This document shows, one piece after another, positions 20,296 to 29,800 of a stretch of DNA of 64,000 bases. The notes below the pieces were generated by a model. The model had not been told where the DNA came from, did not search any database, and saw only the letters and a list, made by a program, of their open reading frames with translations. A program made the translations under genes and the position numbers. Within the stretch, counting starts at the first letter, position 1. Each line of letters starts with the position of its first letter. The DNA is from Anaerolineaceae bacterium (GTDB lineage Bacteria; Chloroflexota; Anaerolineae; Anaerolineales; UBA11657). The stretch lies in contig BGOS01000004.1 in NCBI GenBank assembly GCA_003569365.1, forward strand, positions 33,029 through 97,028, in the 5' to 3' direction.

Positions 20296-21755
20296 TGAAC
20301 CAGGCCGATGTAATTGTGATTGGCGCCGGGCCGGCCGGCCTGACCGCTGCCTGGCAACTGGCGCAAGCCGGGCGCAAGGTGCTTGTGCTTGAACAAAATG
20401 AAATTGTCGGCGGCATTGCCCGCACAGAAAGCTACCGTGGATACTATTTCGACATCGGTGGGCATCGCTTCTTTTCCAAGCTGCCTGAGATTCAGGCGCT
20501 TTGGCACGAGTGGCTCGGCGAAGACTTCTTGCTGCGGCCGCGCTTGTCGCGCATCTACTACGGTGGCAAGTTTTTCAACTATCCGCTGCGCGCATTCAAC
20601 GCACTATTCGGGCTTGGCATTTGGCAAAGCGTGATGGTTGTGGCCAGCTATATCTGGGCCCGTCTGTTTCCCCAAAAAGTTGAGGACAACTTCGAACAAT
20701 GGGTGTCGAACCGCTTTGGCCGGCGCCTCTTCCGCATCTTTTTCAAAACCTACACAGAAAAAGTCTGGGGAATTCCTTGTACTGAAATTCGGGCAGAGTG
20801 GGCTGCCCAGCGCATCAAGGGACTCTCGCTGCCATCAGCTATTCGCAATGCGTTGTTCCCGCCCCGGGGCGAGGTGATCAAAACGCTGATTGACGAATTC
20901 CACTATCCCAAGCGCGGACCGGGAATGATGTGGGAGCGCGTGGCGGGGCTGTTGGCACAGCGGGGCGGCACAGTTTCCACAGGCACCGCAGTTGTAAAAG
21001 TGCGCCGCTCCGGCACACGGGTGTTAGCCGTCGAGCATTTGTCACCTGCAGGAACGATTGTGTCAACCGCAGATCACTTTGTGTCTACGGCAGCACTGGG
21101 TGAATTGATCGCGCAGTTTGACCCGCCCGCGCCGCCTGATGTATTGGCAGCAGCCCAACAGCTGGCTTATCGCGACTTTCTAACCGTGGTTCTAATTATC
21201 AACCAGCCGCACCTCTTTGCGGACAACTGGATTTATGTGCACAGTGAAGCCGTGCGCATCGGCCGCATCCAGAATTTCAAGAACTGGAGTCCGCACATGG
21301 TGCCGGATGCAAAAATGACCAGCATCGGTCTTGAGTACTTCTGCACGGTTGGCGATGATTTATGGTCGATGAGCGACGCAGAGCTGGTAGCACTTGGGCG
21401 CAGAGAAATTGAGACGATTGGAATCGCGAGCAGCGCAGACTGTGTTGATGGCACTGTTGTGCGCCAGCCCAAAGCGTATCCAATTTATGATGCGCATTAC
21501 GGGCGGCTGTTGGAAATAATCAAAACCTGGCTTGGCACGCTCGAGAACTTTCAAACGGTTGGCCGCAATGGCCTTCATAAATACAACAATCAGGACCACT
21601 CCATGCTCACAGCCATGCTGGCCGTGCGCAACATTCTAAGTGGCGAGAAGAATGACGTTTGGAATATAAACACAGACCGCTCGTACCACGAGGAGGTGCG
21701 CGTGCCCTCTGCAAACCCCGCAACTGATCGACCGATCGACATTCTCGAAGCGTAG
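20295..21755 (+). CDS. NAD(P)/FAD-dependent oxidoreductase (amine-oxidase/UDP-galactopyranose-mutase-like fold)
   Basis: From ATG 20295 (overlapping the lepA stop, TAATG): MNQADVIVIGAGPAGLTAAWQL...LVLEQN dinucleotide-binding motif. 486 aa. Confidence 0.85.
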   Translation: MNQADVIVIGAGPAGLTAAWQLAQAGRKVLVLEQNEIVGGIARTESYRGYYFDIGGHRFFSKLPEIQALWHEWLGEDFLLRPRLSRIYYGGKFFNYPLRAFNALFGLGIWQSVMVVASYIWARLFPQKVEDNFEQWVSNRFGRRLFRIFFKTYTEKVWGIPCTEIRAEWAAQRIKGLSLPSAIRNALFPPRGEVIKTLIDEFHYPKRGPGMMWERVAGLLAQRGGTVSTGTAVVKVRRSGTRVLAVEHLSPAGTIVSTADHFVSTAALGELIAQFDPPAPPDVLAAAQQLAYRDFLTVVLIINQPHLFADNWIYVHSEAVRIGRIQNFKNWSPHMVPDAKMTSIGLEYFCTVGDDLWSMSDAELVALGRREIETIGIASSADCVDGTVVRQPKAYPIYDAHYGRLLEIIKTWLGTLENFQTVGRNGLHKYNNQDHSMLTAMLAVRNILSGEKNDVWNINTDRSYHEEVRVPSANPATDRPIDILEA

Positions 21756-21800
21756 GCTTTTGCAGGCCACACATTCTTCTCAGCAGCGACCACGAAAATA

Positions 21801-22793
21801 GTGCGAATTAACTGGCGGGTACTGGCCGGTGCCGCGCTGAGTATTGGCGCAATTGCGCTTGTGCTCTGGCGCATGGACTGGGGAGCATTGCGCAACACTG
21901 TAGCCGCTGCCAATTATTGGTGGCTGCTGCCTTTCCTGGCGCTCGAGGTCCTTGTGATTTGGACGCGCGCCCTGCGCTGGCGCATAATGCTTGAAGACCA
22001 GCTCTCCACTGCGCGCTTGTTTTGGATTACCAACATCGGGTACCTGTTAAATAACGTCCTGCCCTTGCGCCTCGGGGAAGTGGGGCGCGTGTATCTGGTA
22101 ACGCGGCGCAGCACTGTGGGCGCAATGCAGGGCCTGTCTTCCGTGGTGGTGGAACGCCTGATTGATGTTCTGTGCCTTATCGTGCTGGTCTTCCTACTGC
22201 TGCCTTTGGTGCCGGGGTCGGTGGCGTTTGTGGCCACCGGCATGACGCTCAGCGGCGTTGCGATGGCGGGGATTGCGCTGATCTTTGTCGCAGCCCACCT
22301 GCACACAATTGTAGAAGCAAGCTTTGCCAAGCTGGTGTCAAAGATGCGCCCGCAGCTTGCGCAAGCGCTGCAACAGCACTTGCACGATTTTCTTGCCAGT
22401 GTGCGCGTGATCCAAGGCCGGCGTTTATGGCTGTGCCTGCTGTGGAGCGTCATCACGTGGACTGTTTCCGTAGCTTCGATGTACGTGCTGATGCTGGCAT
22501 TTGATCCGCACCCGAAGTGGTTCATCGGCATGCTCGCAAACTGCGGCATCGCTTTGGGTGTTGCCCTGCCGTCCGCGCCTTCCGGGCTGGGGCTGTGGGA
22601 AGCGGCCACAGTGGCAGCACTCACCATGGCGGCTGTGCCTGCCGAGATGGCGTTGGCGTTTGCAATTCTGTCGCACCTCGCCAGCTTTATTTCACTGGCA
22701 GTCCTTGGCATCGCCGGGCTTGTAGTAGAGGGACAAAGTTTTGGGGAGCTGGCACGCTCGGTGCGCGCCTTCATGCAATCTTCCAAGCAGTGA
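21801..22793 (+). CDS. flippase-like (lysylphosphatidylglycerol-synthase TM region, UPF0104) membrane protein
   Basis: Polytopic protein of 330 aa with N-terminal MRINWRVLAGAALSIGAIALVLWRMDW, typical of this family. Confidence 0.8.
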   Translation: MRINWRVLAGAALSIGAIALVLWRMDWGALRNTVAAANYWWLLPFLALEVLVIWTRALRWRIMLEDQLSTARLFWITNIGYLLNNVLPLRLGEVGRVYLVTRRSTVGAMQGLSSVVVERLIDVLCLIVLVFLLLPLVPGSVAFVATGMTLSGVAMAGIALIFVAAHLHTIVEASFAKLVSKMRPQLAQALQQHLHDFLASVRVIQGRRLWLCLLWSVITWTVSVASMYVLMLAFDPHPKWFIGMLANCGIALGVALPSAPSGLGLWEAATVAALTMAAVPAEMALAFAILSHLASFISLAVLGIAGLVVEGQSFGELARSVRAFMQSSKQ

Positions 22794-22809
22794 CCGTTCA
22801 GCCGCGCAC

Positions 22810-23961
22810 TTGAAAATTCTCGTTGCCCTGACGTACTATCGGCCGCATATCTCAGGCCTCACAATTTATGTGGAGCGGTTGGCGCGCGCCCTGGCGGCAC
22901 GCGGACATACGGTGACGGTGCTTACGTCGCGCTTTGCAGCGAACTTGCCGCTGCGTGAAGAGCTGGATGGTGTGCATGTGGTGCGGGTGCCCGTGGCCGC
23001 GCGCATTAGCAAGGGAGTGCTGATGCCCACAATCGGCTTCATTGCTAACCGCTTGGTGTGGACGCACGATGCAGTCAGCTTGCATTTGCCGCAGCTGGAT
23101 GCAAGCGGCATTGCACTGCGCGCGCGCCTGCTAGGCAAGCCCGTCATGCTCACCTACCATTCAGACTTAGTGCTGCCGCCTACGCCGGTTAATTTCCTCG
23201 CCGAAATGGTGGTCAACGCCAGCAATAATGCAGCCGCCTCGCTGGCGGATGTCATCTGCGCCTACACCTCTGACTTTGCAAATGCATCTCCGCTGCTTTC
23301 GCGCTTCCGCAGCAAAGTATGCTGCATATTGCCACCGGTGGAGATTCCCGATGTAACCCGCGCCGAAGCTGAAGCCTGGGCGGTCGCACGCGGCCTTGCG
23401 CTGCAGTATCCTGTGATTGGCTTGGCAGTGCGCCTCGCAGCCGAGAAAGGGGTTGAGTACCTGCTTCAGGCGCTGCCCCAAATCTTGCAGGCGCATCCCA
23501 ACTCCACGGTGCTTCACGCCGGGCCGGTAGAAGCAGTGATTGGCGAGCAAGCCTACCGCCAGCGCTTGCAGCCGCTGCTCGACAAATTCCGCGCGCGCTA
23601 CATTTTTCTGGGTGCACTCAACCCGCATGAAATGGCGATGTTCTTTAAGATTTGCGATGTGCATGTGCTTCCCAGCGTCAACAGTACAGAAACCTTTGGC
23701 TTGGTGCAGATTGAGGCCGCACTCTGCGGCACGCCCACCGTGGCGAGCGATCTACCGGGGGTGCGCGTGCCAGTGCGTGACTTTGGCATTGGCCTGAATG
23801 CGCCGCCGCGGGATGTTGCAGCGCTGGGAACAGCAGTTCTAAAAGTGCTGGCCAAGCCGGAGCACTACCGCCGGCCGCGCGCCGAACTCGCCCGGCATTT
23901 TGCGCCGGACACTGTGGCTGCGCGTTACGAACAAGTTCTGGGAAGCTTGCTGCGCAACTAA
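22810..23961 (+). CDS. glycosyltransferase family 4 (GT-B)
   Basis: LKILVALTYYRPHISGLTIYVERLARAL...; C-terminal TETFGLVQIEAALCGTPTVASD. Start taken as TTG 22810 (uncertain); the ORF is open from 22741. Confidence 0.85.
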   Translation: MKILVALTYYRPHISGLTIYVERLARALAARGHTVTVLTSRFAANLPLREELDGVHVVRVPVAARISKGVLMPTIGFIANRLVWTHDAVSLHLPQLDASGIALRARLLGKPVMLTYHSDLVLPPTPVNFLAEMVVNASNNAAASLADVICAYTSDFANASPLLSRFRSKVCCILPPVEIPDVTRAEAEAWAVARGLALQYPVIGLAVRLAAEKGVEYLLQALPQILQAHPNSTVLHAGPVEAVIGEQAYRQRLQPLLDKFRARYIFLGALNPHEMAMFFKICDVHVLPSVNSTETFGLVQIEAALCGTPTVASDLPGVRVPVRDFGIGLNAPPRDVAALGTAVLKVLAKPEHYRRPRAELARHFAPDTVAARYEQVLGSLLRN

Positions 23962-23988
23962 CATGCAGCCCGCCTTGGAACCGGCAGC

Positions 23989-24771
23989 GTGACAGCCGAC
24001 CTGCTTTCCCGCCACCTGCGTGATTTGCCCGCCTTTCGGGCGCTCTTGCGGGCAACTGAAGCGCGCTTCTACGCCAACATAGACTTGCCGCAGCCGACGC
24101 TCGATGTGGGCTGCGGTGACGGGCACTTTGCTGCCACCACATTTACAAATAAAATTGCCGTGGGCATTGACCCGCAATGGCAGTCGCTGCACGAAGCCAG
24201 TGTGCGCAACGGCTACTGCAGCCTGACTCAGGCTGCAGGCGATCGACTGCCATTTACCAGCTCAGCGTTTGCCAGCGCCATGAGCAATTCAGTGCTTGAG
24301 CACATCCCCGATGTGCAGAGCGTACTGAACGAAGTCAGCCGCTTACTGCTCCGGGGTGCACCGTTTGTATTTTGCGTGCCAAGCGATAATTTTCTCGCGA
24401 TGCTTTCTGTCAGCCGCACGCTGCACGCCTGGGGCCTGCCGGCACTCGCTGTTGCTTATGAAAACTTCTTTAACCGCATCTCGCGCCACCACCATTGCGA
24501 CAGCCCTGCCGTCTGGCAGGCACGACTGGCAGCGGCCGGTTTTGCTGTGGAGCGGCACTGGTATTATTTTTCTGAAGGCGCACTGCGCGCGCTTGAGTGG
24601 GGTCACTTTCTTGGCTTGCCTGCGCTCGTCGCTAAAATCCTGTTTGGCCGCTGGGTGCTTGTGCCAACGCCTGCCAATCTGATGCTGACTGACCACCTGC
24701 TGCGCCGCCACTTTGAAGAGCCGCTGCCGGCGCGCGGTGCATACTTATTTTTCATTGCGCGCAAAATATGA
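23989..24771 (+). CDS. class I SAM-dependent methyltransferase
   Basis: Motif I LDVGCGDGHFA, 260 aa. The stop overlaps the next start (ATGATG region at 24768-24773). Confidence 0.85.
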   Translation: MTADLLSRHLRDLPAFRALLRATEARFYANIDLPQPTLDVGCGDGHFAATTFTNKIAVGIDPQWQSLHEASVRNGYCSLTQAAGDRLPFTSSAFASAMSNSVLEHIPDVQSVLNEVSRLLLRGAPFVFCVPSDNFLAMLSVSRTLHAWGLPALAVAYENFFNRISRHHHCDSPAVWQARLAAAGFAVERHWYYFSEGALRALEWGHFLGLPALVAKILFGRWVLVPTPANLMLTDHLLRRHFEEPLPARGAYLFFIARKI

Positions 24772-26828
24772 TGCCGGAAGATACTCTCTGGGATTGGTAT
24801 TCCGGCAAGCAGCCAGCGGCAAGCCCGCGCCCACAGCGTGCCTGGGCGGCTCCGCCACTGCCTCTGATTTCAATTGTGGTCGCAATGCTTGCGCAGTACT
24901 TGTGGCAGTTTGGCCCGCGCGACCAGTGGCCCGCCGGTGCCGCGCTTTACCTCGTGGCAGCCGCGCTGTTCGGCTTGCATTGCTGGCAGCTGCCGGTGAG
25001 CAACGGCGTTCGAAACGCGGGCCGCCAGCCTTTGCCCAGCGTGCGCTGGCAGTTTGTGCTGGCTGCGTTTTGTTTAGCTGCCGCGGCATATTTACTCAAT
25101 AGCAATCTTCAGTTCTCCCTGCTCGGTGTGCTTGCATGGGTTGCAGCACTCGCCATTTTCACAGCTGCTTTCTGGTCCAGTCCACTGCCAGGCCTGAGTA
25201 CTCTGCCCGCCGTGCTTAGGTTGCTGCGGACGTACTTCAACAATCCGCGCGTGCCGCTGATTGCAGCCGGTGTTGGCGCTGCAATGCTGCTGGGTGCGTT
25301 TTTCCGCTTGCACAATCTGGACACCGTGCCGGGCGAAATGACCAGCGACCACGTGGAAAAGTTACTGGATGTCGCCCGCATTGCAGCGGGCAAGTCATCG
25401 CCAATTTTTTTGCCGACCAACGGCGGCCGCGAAGCAATGTTCTTTTATATTTGTGCGGCGCTGGTTCACTGGCTTGGGTTTGGCCTAACGCATTACACCT
25501 TAAAACTTGCGGCCGCGGTGTGCGGTGTGCTTGTCATTCCGTTTGCGTATCTGCTGGCTTCCGAGCTCACGCAAGACAAACGGCTGGCACTGCTCGCAGC
25601 CGTGTTGCTGGCTGTGGGTTGGTGGCCGGTGGTGATTGCCCGCAACGGGCTGCGCTTTCCGCTGGCTCCGCTGTTTACGGCGCTAACCCTGTGGCTGGTG
25701 GTGCGCGGCTTGCGGCGCAGCTCCGCGAACGATCTTCTGCTCGGCGCGCTGGCGCTGGGGCTCGGCTTCTACGGCTACTCTGCTTTTCGGCTTGTGCCTC
25801 TCGCAGTTGCCGCGGTCTGCCTGCTAAGTTGGCTGCATCAACGCAGGGTGGGGAGCAGCATCTCCGCCGCACTCGCAGTTGCCATGGCATCCGTTTTCCT
25901 GATCGCCCTGGTCCCAATGGTGCGCTATGCGATAGATGACCCGGCTGCATTCTGGCACCGCATCATCACGCGCATGGGGCAGGCGGAGGTTGGTTATACC
26001 GACAGTGCTTGGATTGTTTTTCTACGCAACGCGTGGAATGCCGCGCGCATGTTTTCCTGGACCGCGGATACCGCGTGGCTGGTAAGTCCTGTTGGACAGC
26101 CGGTGCTGGACTGGGTATGCGGCGCATTGTTTCATCTGGGCATAATTGGGTTTGCGGTGCGTTATGTGCGCACCCGTGAATGGCACTACCTTGCTGTGCT
26201 TTTGTGCGTGCCAATTCTGCTGTTGCCCTCTGTGCTTGCCCTTGCGTTTCCAATTGAGAATCCGTCCCTGACGCGCAGCAGCTGTGCATTGCCACTTGTG
26301 TTTCTATTAGCTGCATTTCCTCTGCGGGCTTTATGGCAGCCCGCTGGCAATATCCAGACTAGCTTGCAAGCTGCCTTCTGGCGGACCGCAGCAGTTTGCA
26401 GCTTGGTAACCGTGAGCGCACTGGTGAACTACCGCATCATCTTTACAGATTACGCCGCCTTGTACAAGCTCTCAGCGCAAAACACGAGCGAGATCGGCGC
26501 CGTAGTGCGCGGCTATGCAACCTCGATTGGCGATTGGGACACGGTGTGGGTGCGTGCCTATCCATACTGGGTGGACACGCGTGCAGTGGGCATTGCGGCC
26601 GGGCGCTTCGGCTGGGACAACGTGATTTTAGATCAGGCACAACAGCACCTGGAAGAGTTGGCGAACGAGCCGCGCGCAAAGTTATTTATCTTCAACCAGG
26701 TTGATGCCGATTTTCAGTCGCAGCTGCAGCGCATTTTTCCGCGCGGCGTAGAGCGCCGCCATCAATCGCTTGTCGTAGCAGACAAAGATTTCATGTCATA
26801 TTTTGTTGCGGCGCAGGGCACACCGTAA
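24768..26828 (+). CDS. GT-C-type (GT39/ArnT-like) polytopic membrane glycosyltransferase candidate
   Basis: 686 aa with many TM helices. The first-loop segment PGEMTSDHVEKLLDVARIAAGKSSPIFLPTNGGREAMFFY parallels the GDEAAEG...NFGREPLHAY loop of the GT39 at 43523..45172. Confidence 0.7.
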   Translation: MMPEDTLWDWYSGKQPAASPRPQRAWAAPPLPLISIVVAMLAQYLWQFGPRDQWPAGAALYLVAAALFGLHCWQLPVSNGVRNAGRQPLPSVRWQFVLAAFCLAAAAYLLNSNLQFSLLGVLAWVAALAIFTAAFWSSPLPGLSTLPAVLRLLRTYFNNPRVPLIAAGVGAAMLLGAFFRLHNLDTVPGEMTSDHVEKLLDVARIAAGKSSPIFLPTNGGREAMFFYICAALVHWLGFGLTHYTLKLAAAVCGVLVIPFAYLLASELTQDKRLALLAAVLLAVGWWPVVIARNGLRFPLAPLFTALTLWLVVRGLRRSSANDLLLGALALGLGFYGYSAFRLVPLAVAAVCLLSWLHQRRVGSSISAALAVAMASVFLIALVPMVRYAIDDPAAFWHRIITRMGQAEVGYTDSAWIVFLRNAWNAARMFSWTADTAWLVSPVGQPVLDWVCGALFHLGIIGFAVRYVRTREWHYLAVLLCVPILLLPSVLALAFPIENPSLTRSSCALPLVFLLAAFPLRALWQPAGNIQTSLQAAFWRTAAVCSLVTVSALVNYRIIFTDYAALYKLSAQNTSEIGAVVRGYATSIGDWDTVWVRAYPYWVDTRAVGIAAGRFGWDNVILDQAQQHLEELANEPRAKLFIFNQVDADFQSQLQRIFPRGVERRHQSLVVADKDFMSYFVAAQGTP

Positions 26829-29800
26829 TGCAGCCGGCTTCGCTGCGCACACATGCAAGGCCGCGTTTCACACGCGCACAACGCTGGACCTTCGAGCTGC
26901 TCTTTCTCAGCGCCCTGATTTCAGGTGCGCTGTTCTTGCGGCTTGTTGGCCTCAATTGGGATGAATTTCAGCATTTGCACCCGGACGAACGCTTCCTAAC
27001 GATGGTGACTTCTGCTATTTCGAGCCCATCCGGCTGGTCTGAATATTTCGACACCGAAACGTCGCCGCTCAATCCCTTCAATCGCGACTATAAGTTCTTT
27101 GTGTACGGCACTGCACCGATTTTTGCAGTGCGCTACTTAGGCGAAGCGCTCGCGGGAACTTCGCTTGCACTTGAAGGCATGCCGGATTGGCTGCACTTGC
27201 CGGCAACGCTGAACTTGGGCACGGGTTACGACGAGGTGCATCTGCTTGGCCGGATAGTTTCTGCCTGCGCCGACTTGCTGCTCGTGCTTGTTGTGTACGC
27301 ACTGGGCACCGAACTCTACAGCCGCAACGCCGGCCGAATTGCTGCGCTATTGGCTGCCGGCACACCGGCGCTAATTCAGCAGGCGCACTTTTTTACAGTT
27401 GACTCGTTTGCAACATTGTTCGTGGCGCTGGCACTGCTTTTTGCCGCACGGGTTCGAACGCGGCGCGTCTACTCAAACTATATTTTGTTTGGGCTATGCA
27501 TGGGCGTGGCACTGGCTTCGCGCATCAACACCGCTCCGCTTGCCGTATTCCTGGCAGTTGGCGCATTTGCCAGCTTCCGGCCCGCACAAGACGGCAGCTG
27601 GTGGAATGCGGAAACACGCGCACTAATATTGCGCGTATTAGCGGCGGCATTTACGACGCTCGTCGTGTTCCGACTGTTGCAGCCGTACGCATTTGCTGGA
27701 CCGGGCTTCTTTGGAGTCAGTCTCAATCCGCACTGGCTCAAAACTCTAGGCGAGATCCGGGTACAGATGACCGGTGATGTGGACTTCCCGCCCAACCATC
27801 AATGGACAAACCGGCCAGCAATTTTGTTTCCACTGCAAAACATGTTGCTTTGGGGCATGGGTCCGGCGCTCGGTATCGCGGTGTGGCTGGCCACGCTATG
27901 GTGTGCCTGGCGCATCTATAAGCACCACGAGTGGCGCGCACACCTGCTCCCGGTGTTGTGGACGCTGCTTTACTTTGCGTGGCAAGGCACACAATGGGTC
28001 AAGCCCATCCGGTATTTTCTGCCCATCTATCCCACACTATTTGTAATGGGCGGCTGGGCTTTAAGTGAGCTCGTGACACGAGCCAACGCCACTCAACACT
28101 TACGGCGCTGGGCCCTGACGTTATCCCTGGTGGCCGCCGGCGGCGTAATGTTCTTCACGCTTGGCACCGGCTGGGCCTTCACGCGCATCTATACCCGCCC
28201 GGTGACGCGCGTGGCCGCAACCAAGTGGATCTACCAAAATTTGCCTGGGCCAATCACCTTGCGCATTGGAAACCCCGGCGCCGAATTTAGCCAGCCAATC
28301 TCACTGCCGGAAAATTTTGTCTACGACGATGCAGCTACCCGCACGATCTCCTTTGTGGCGCAAGAGACGGGACCACTCCGAGCCATGTGGGTGGCGCACT
28401 TGGGTGACCCGCAGCGCGACCCGGATTTAGAGACGTTTACAGTGGAGTTGCTGGTAGACGGCGGGGACGATGCGGTAAGCACCGCACAAATAACGTCCGA
28501 CTTCTCGGCTGCAGGCGGTGCCTTGGGCGCACTTGCAGAGCTGAACTTTGAGCCCGCAGTAGACGTTGAAAAAGGACAACGCTATCAACTGCGCACCAAA
28601 GCAGATGGCTTTCCAGTATCACTTGCCGGAACCCAGATCGCAAATGAATCATCCTGGGACGACGGGTTGCCGCTGCGACTAGACGGCTACGATGGATTCG
28701 GCGGAATTTACGGCGGCCACAATCTGGAAATGTACTGGGACGACAATCAAGAGAAACTAGAGCGCTTCATTACTGAGCTGGACGCCTCTGACTACATTAT
28801 GATTTCTTCCAACCGGCAATCGGATTCAATCACGCGCCTGCCAATGCGCTATCCGCTGACGATCGCCTACTACAAGGCACTCTTCAATGGCGAGTTGGGC
28901 TTTGAACTTGCCAGGGAATTTGAGAGTGCGCCAAATGTGGGGCCGTGGATTTTCAGCGACGCGCAAGCCGAAGAACCGTTTACTGTTTATGACCACCCCA
29001 AAGTCAAAATCTTTCGCAAATCGGCAAACTTCAGCAGCGCAAAGGTTTCTGAAATACTGGGCGCCGTTGATTTATCCCAAGTGGTGTGGATGAATCCGAA
29101 GCAGGCAACGAACACACCGACGGCATTGATGCTGCCGGCCGAGCGCAATGCGCTCCAGATTACCGGCGGCAGCTGGGCATCTATGTTTAATATAGACAGC
29201 ATGCTGAACACGCAGCCGTGGCTGGCTGCAGCTGTGTGGTGGCTGCTGCTGACGCTGCTCGGCTGGTCGGTATTTCCACTTTCATTTTTGGGAATGAATG
29301 GTTTGCCTGACAAAGGTTTCGCGCTTATCAAGACCCTGCTTGCGTTGCTGGTTGCGTGGCTGGCCTGGCTTGTTGCAAGTTGGCAGCTGGCAACTTTCTC
29401 GGCAGCCACTCTCTGGGCTGTTTGGGGCTGCTGGGCAGCCGTCAGCGCCTTGCTGGCGCGGCTGCATTGGGCCTCCATCACTGCATGGCTCAGACAGCAC
29501 TGGCGTTACGTGGTGGGCGTGGAGTTTCTATGGCTGCTGTTGTTCGTAGCATTTACGCTGGTGCGCTATGGCAATGCAGATCTTTGGCATCCATCTTACG
29601 GCGGCGAAAAGCCGATGGACTTTTCTTACTTCAATGCGGTCGTGCGCAGCACCTACTTTCCCGCCTACGATCCGTGGCTGGCCGGCGGCTATCTCAATTA
29701 CTACTATTTTGGATTTGTGATTGCAGCTTCGCTCACTAAAATGTTCGGCGTAATGCCTTCACTTGCGTACAACTTGATTCTGCCAACGCTCTTTGCCGGC

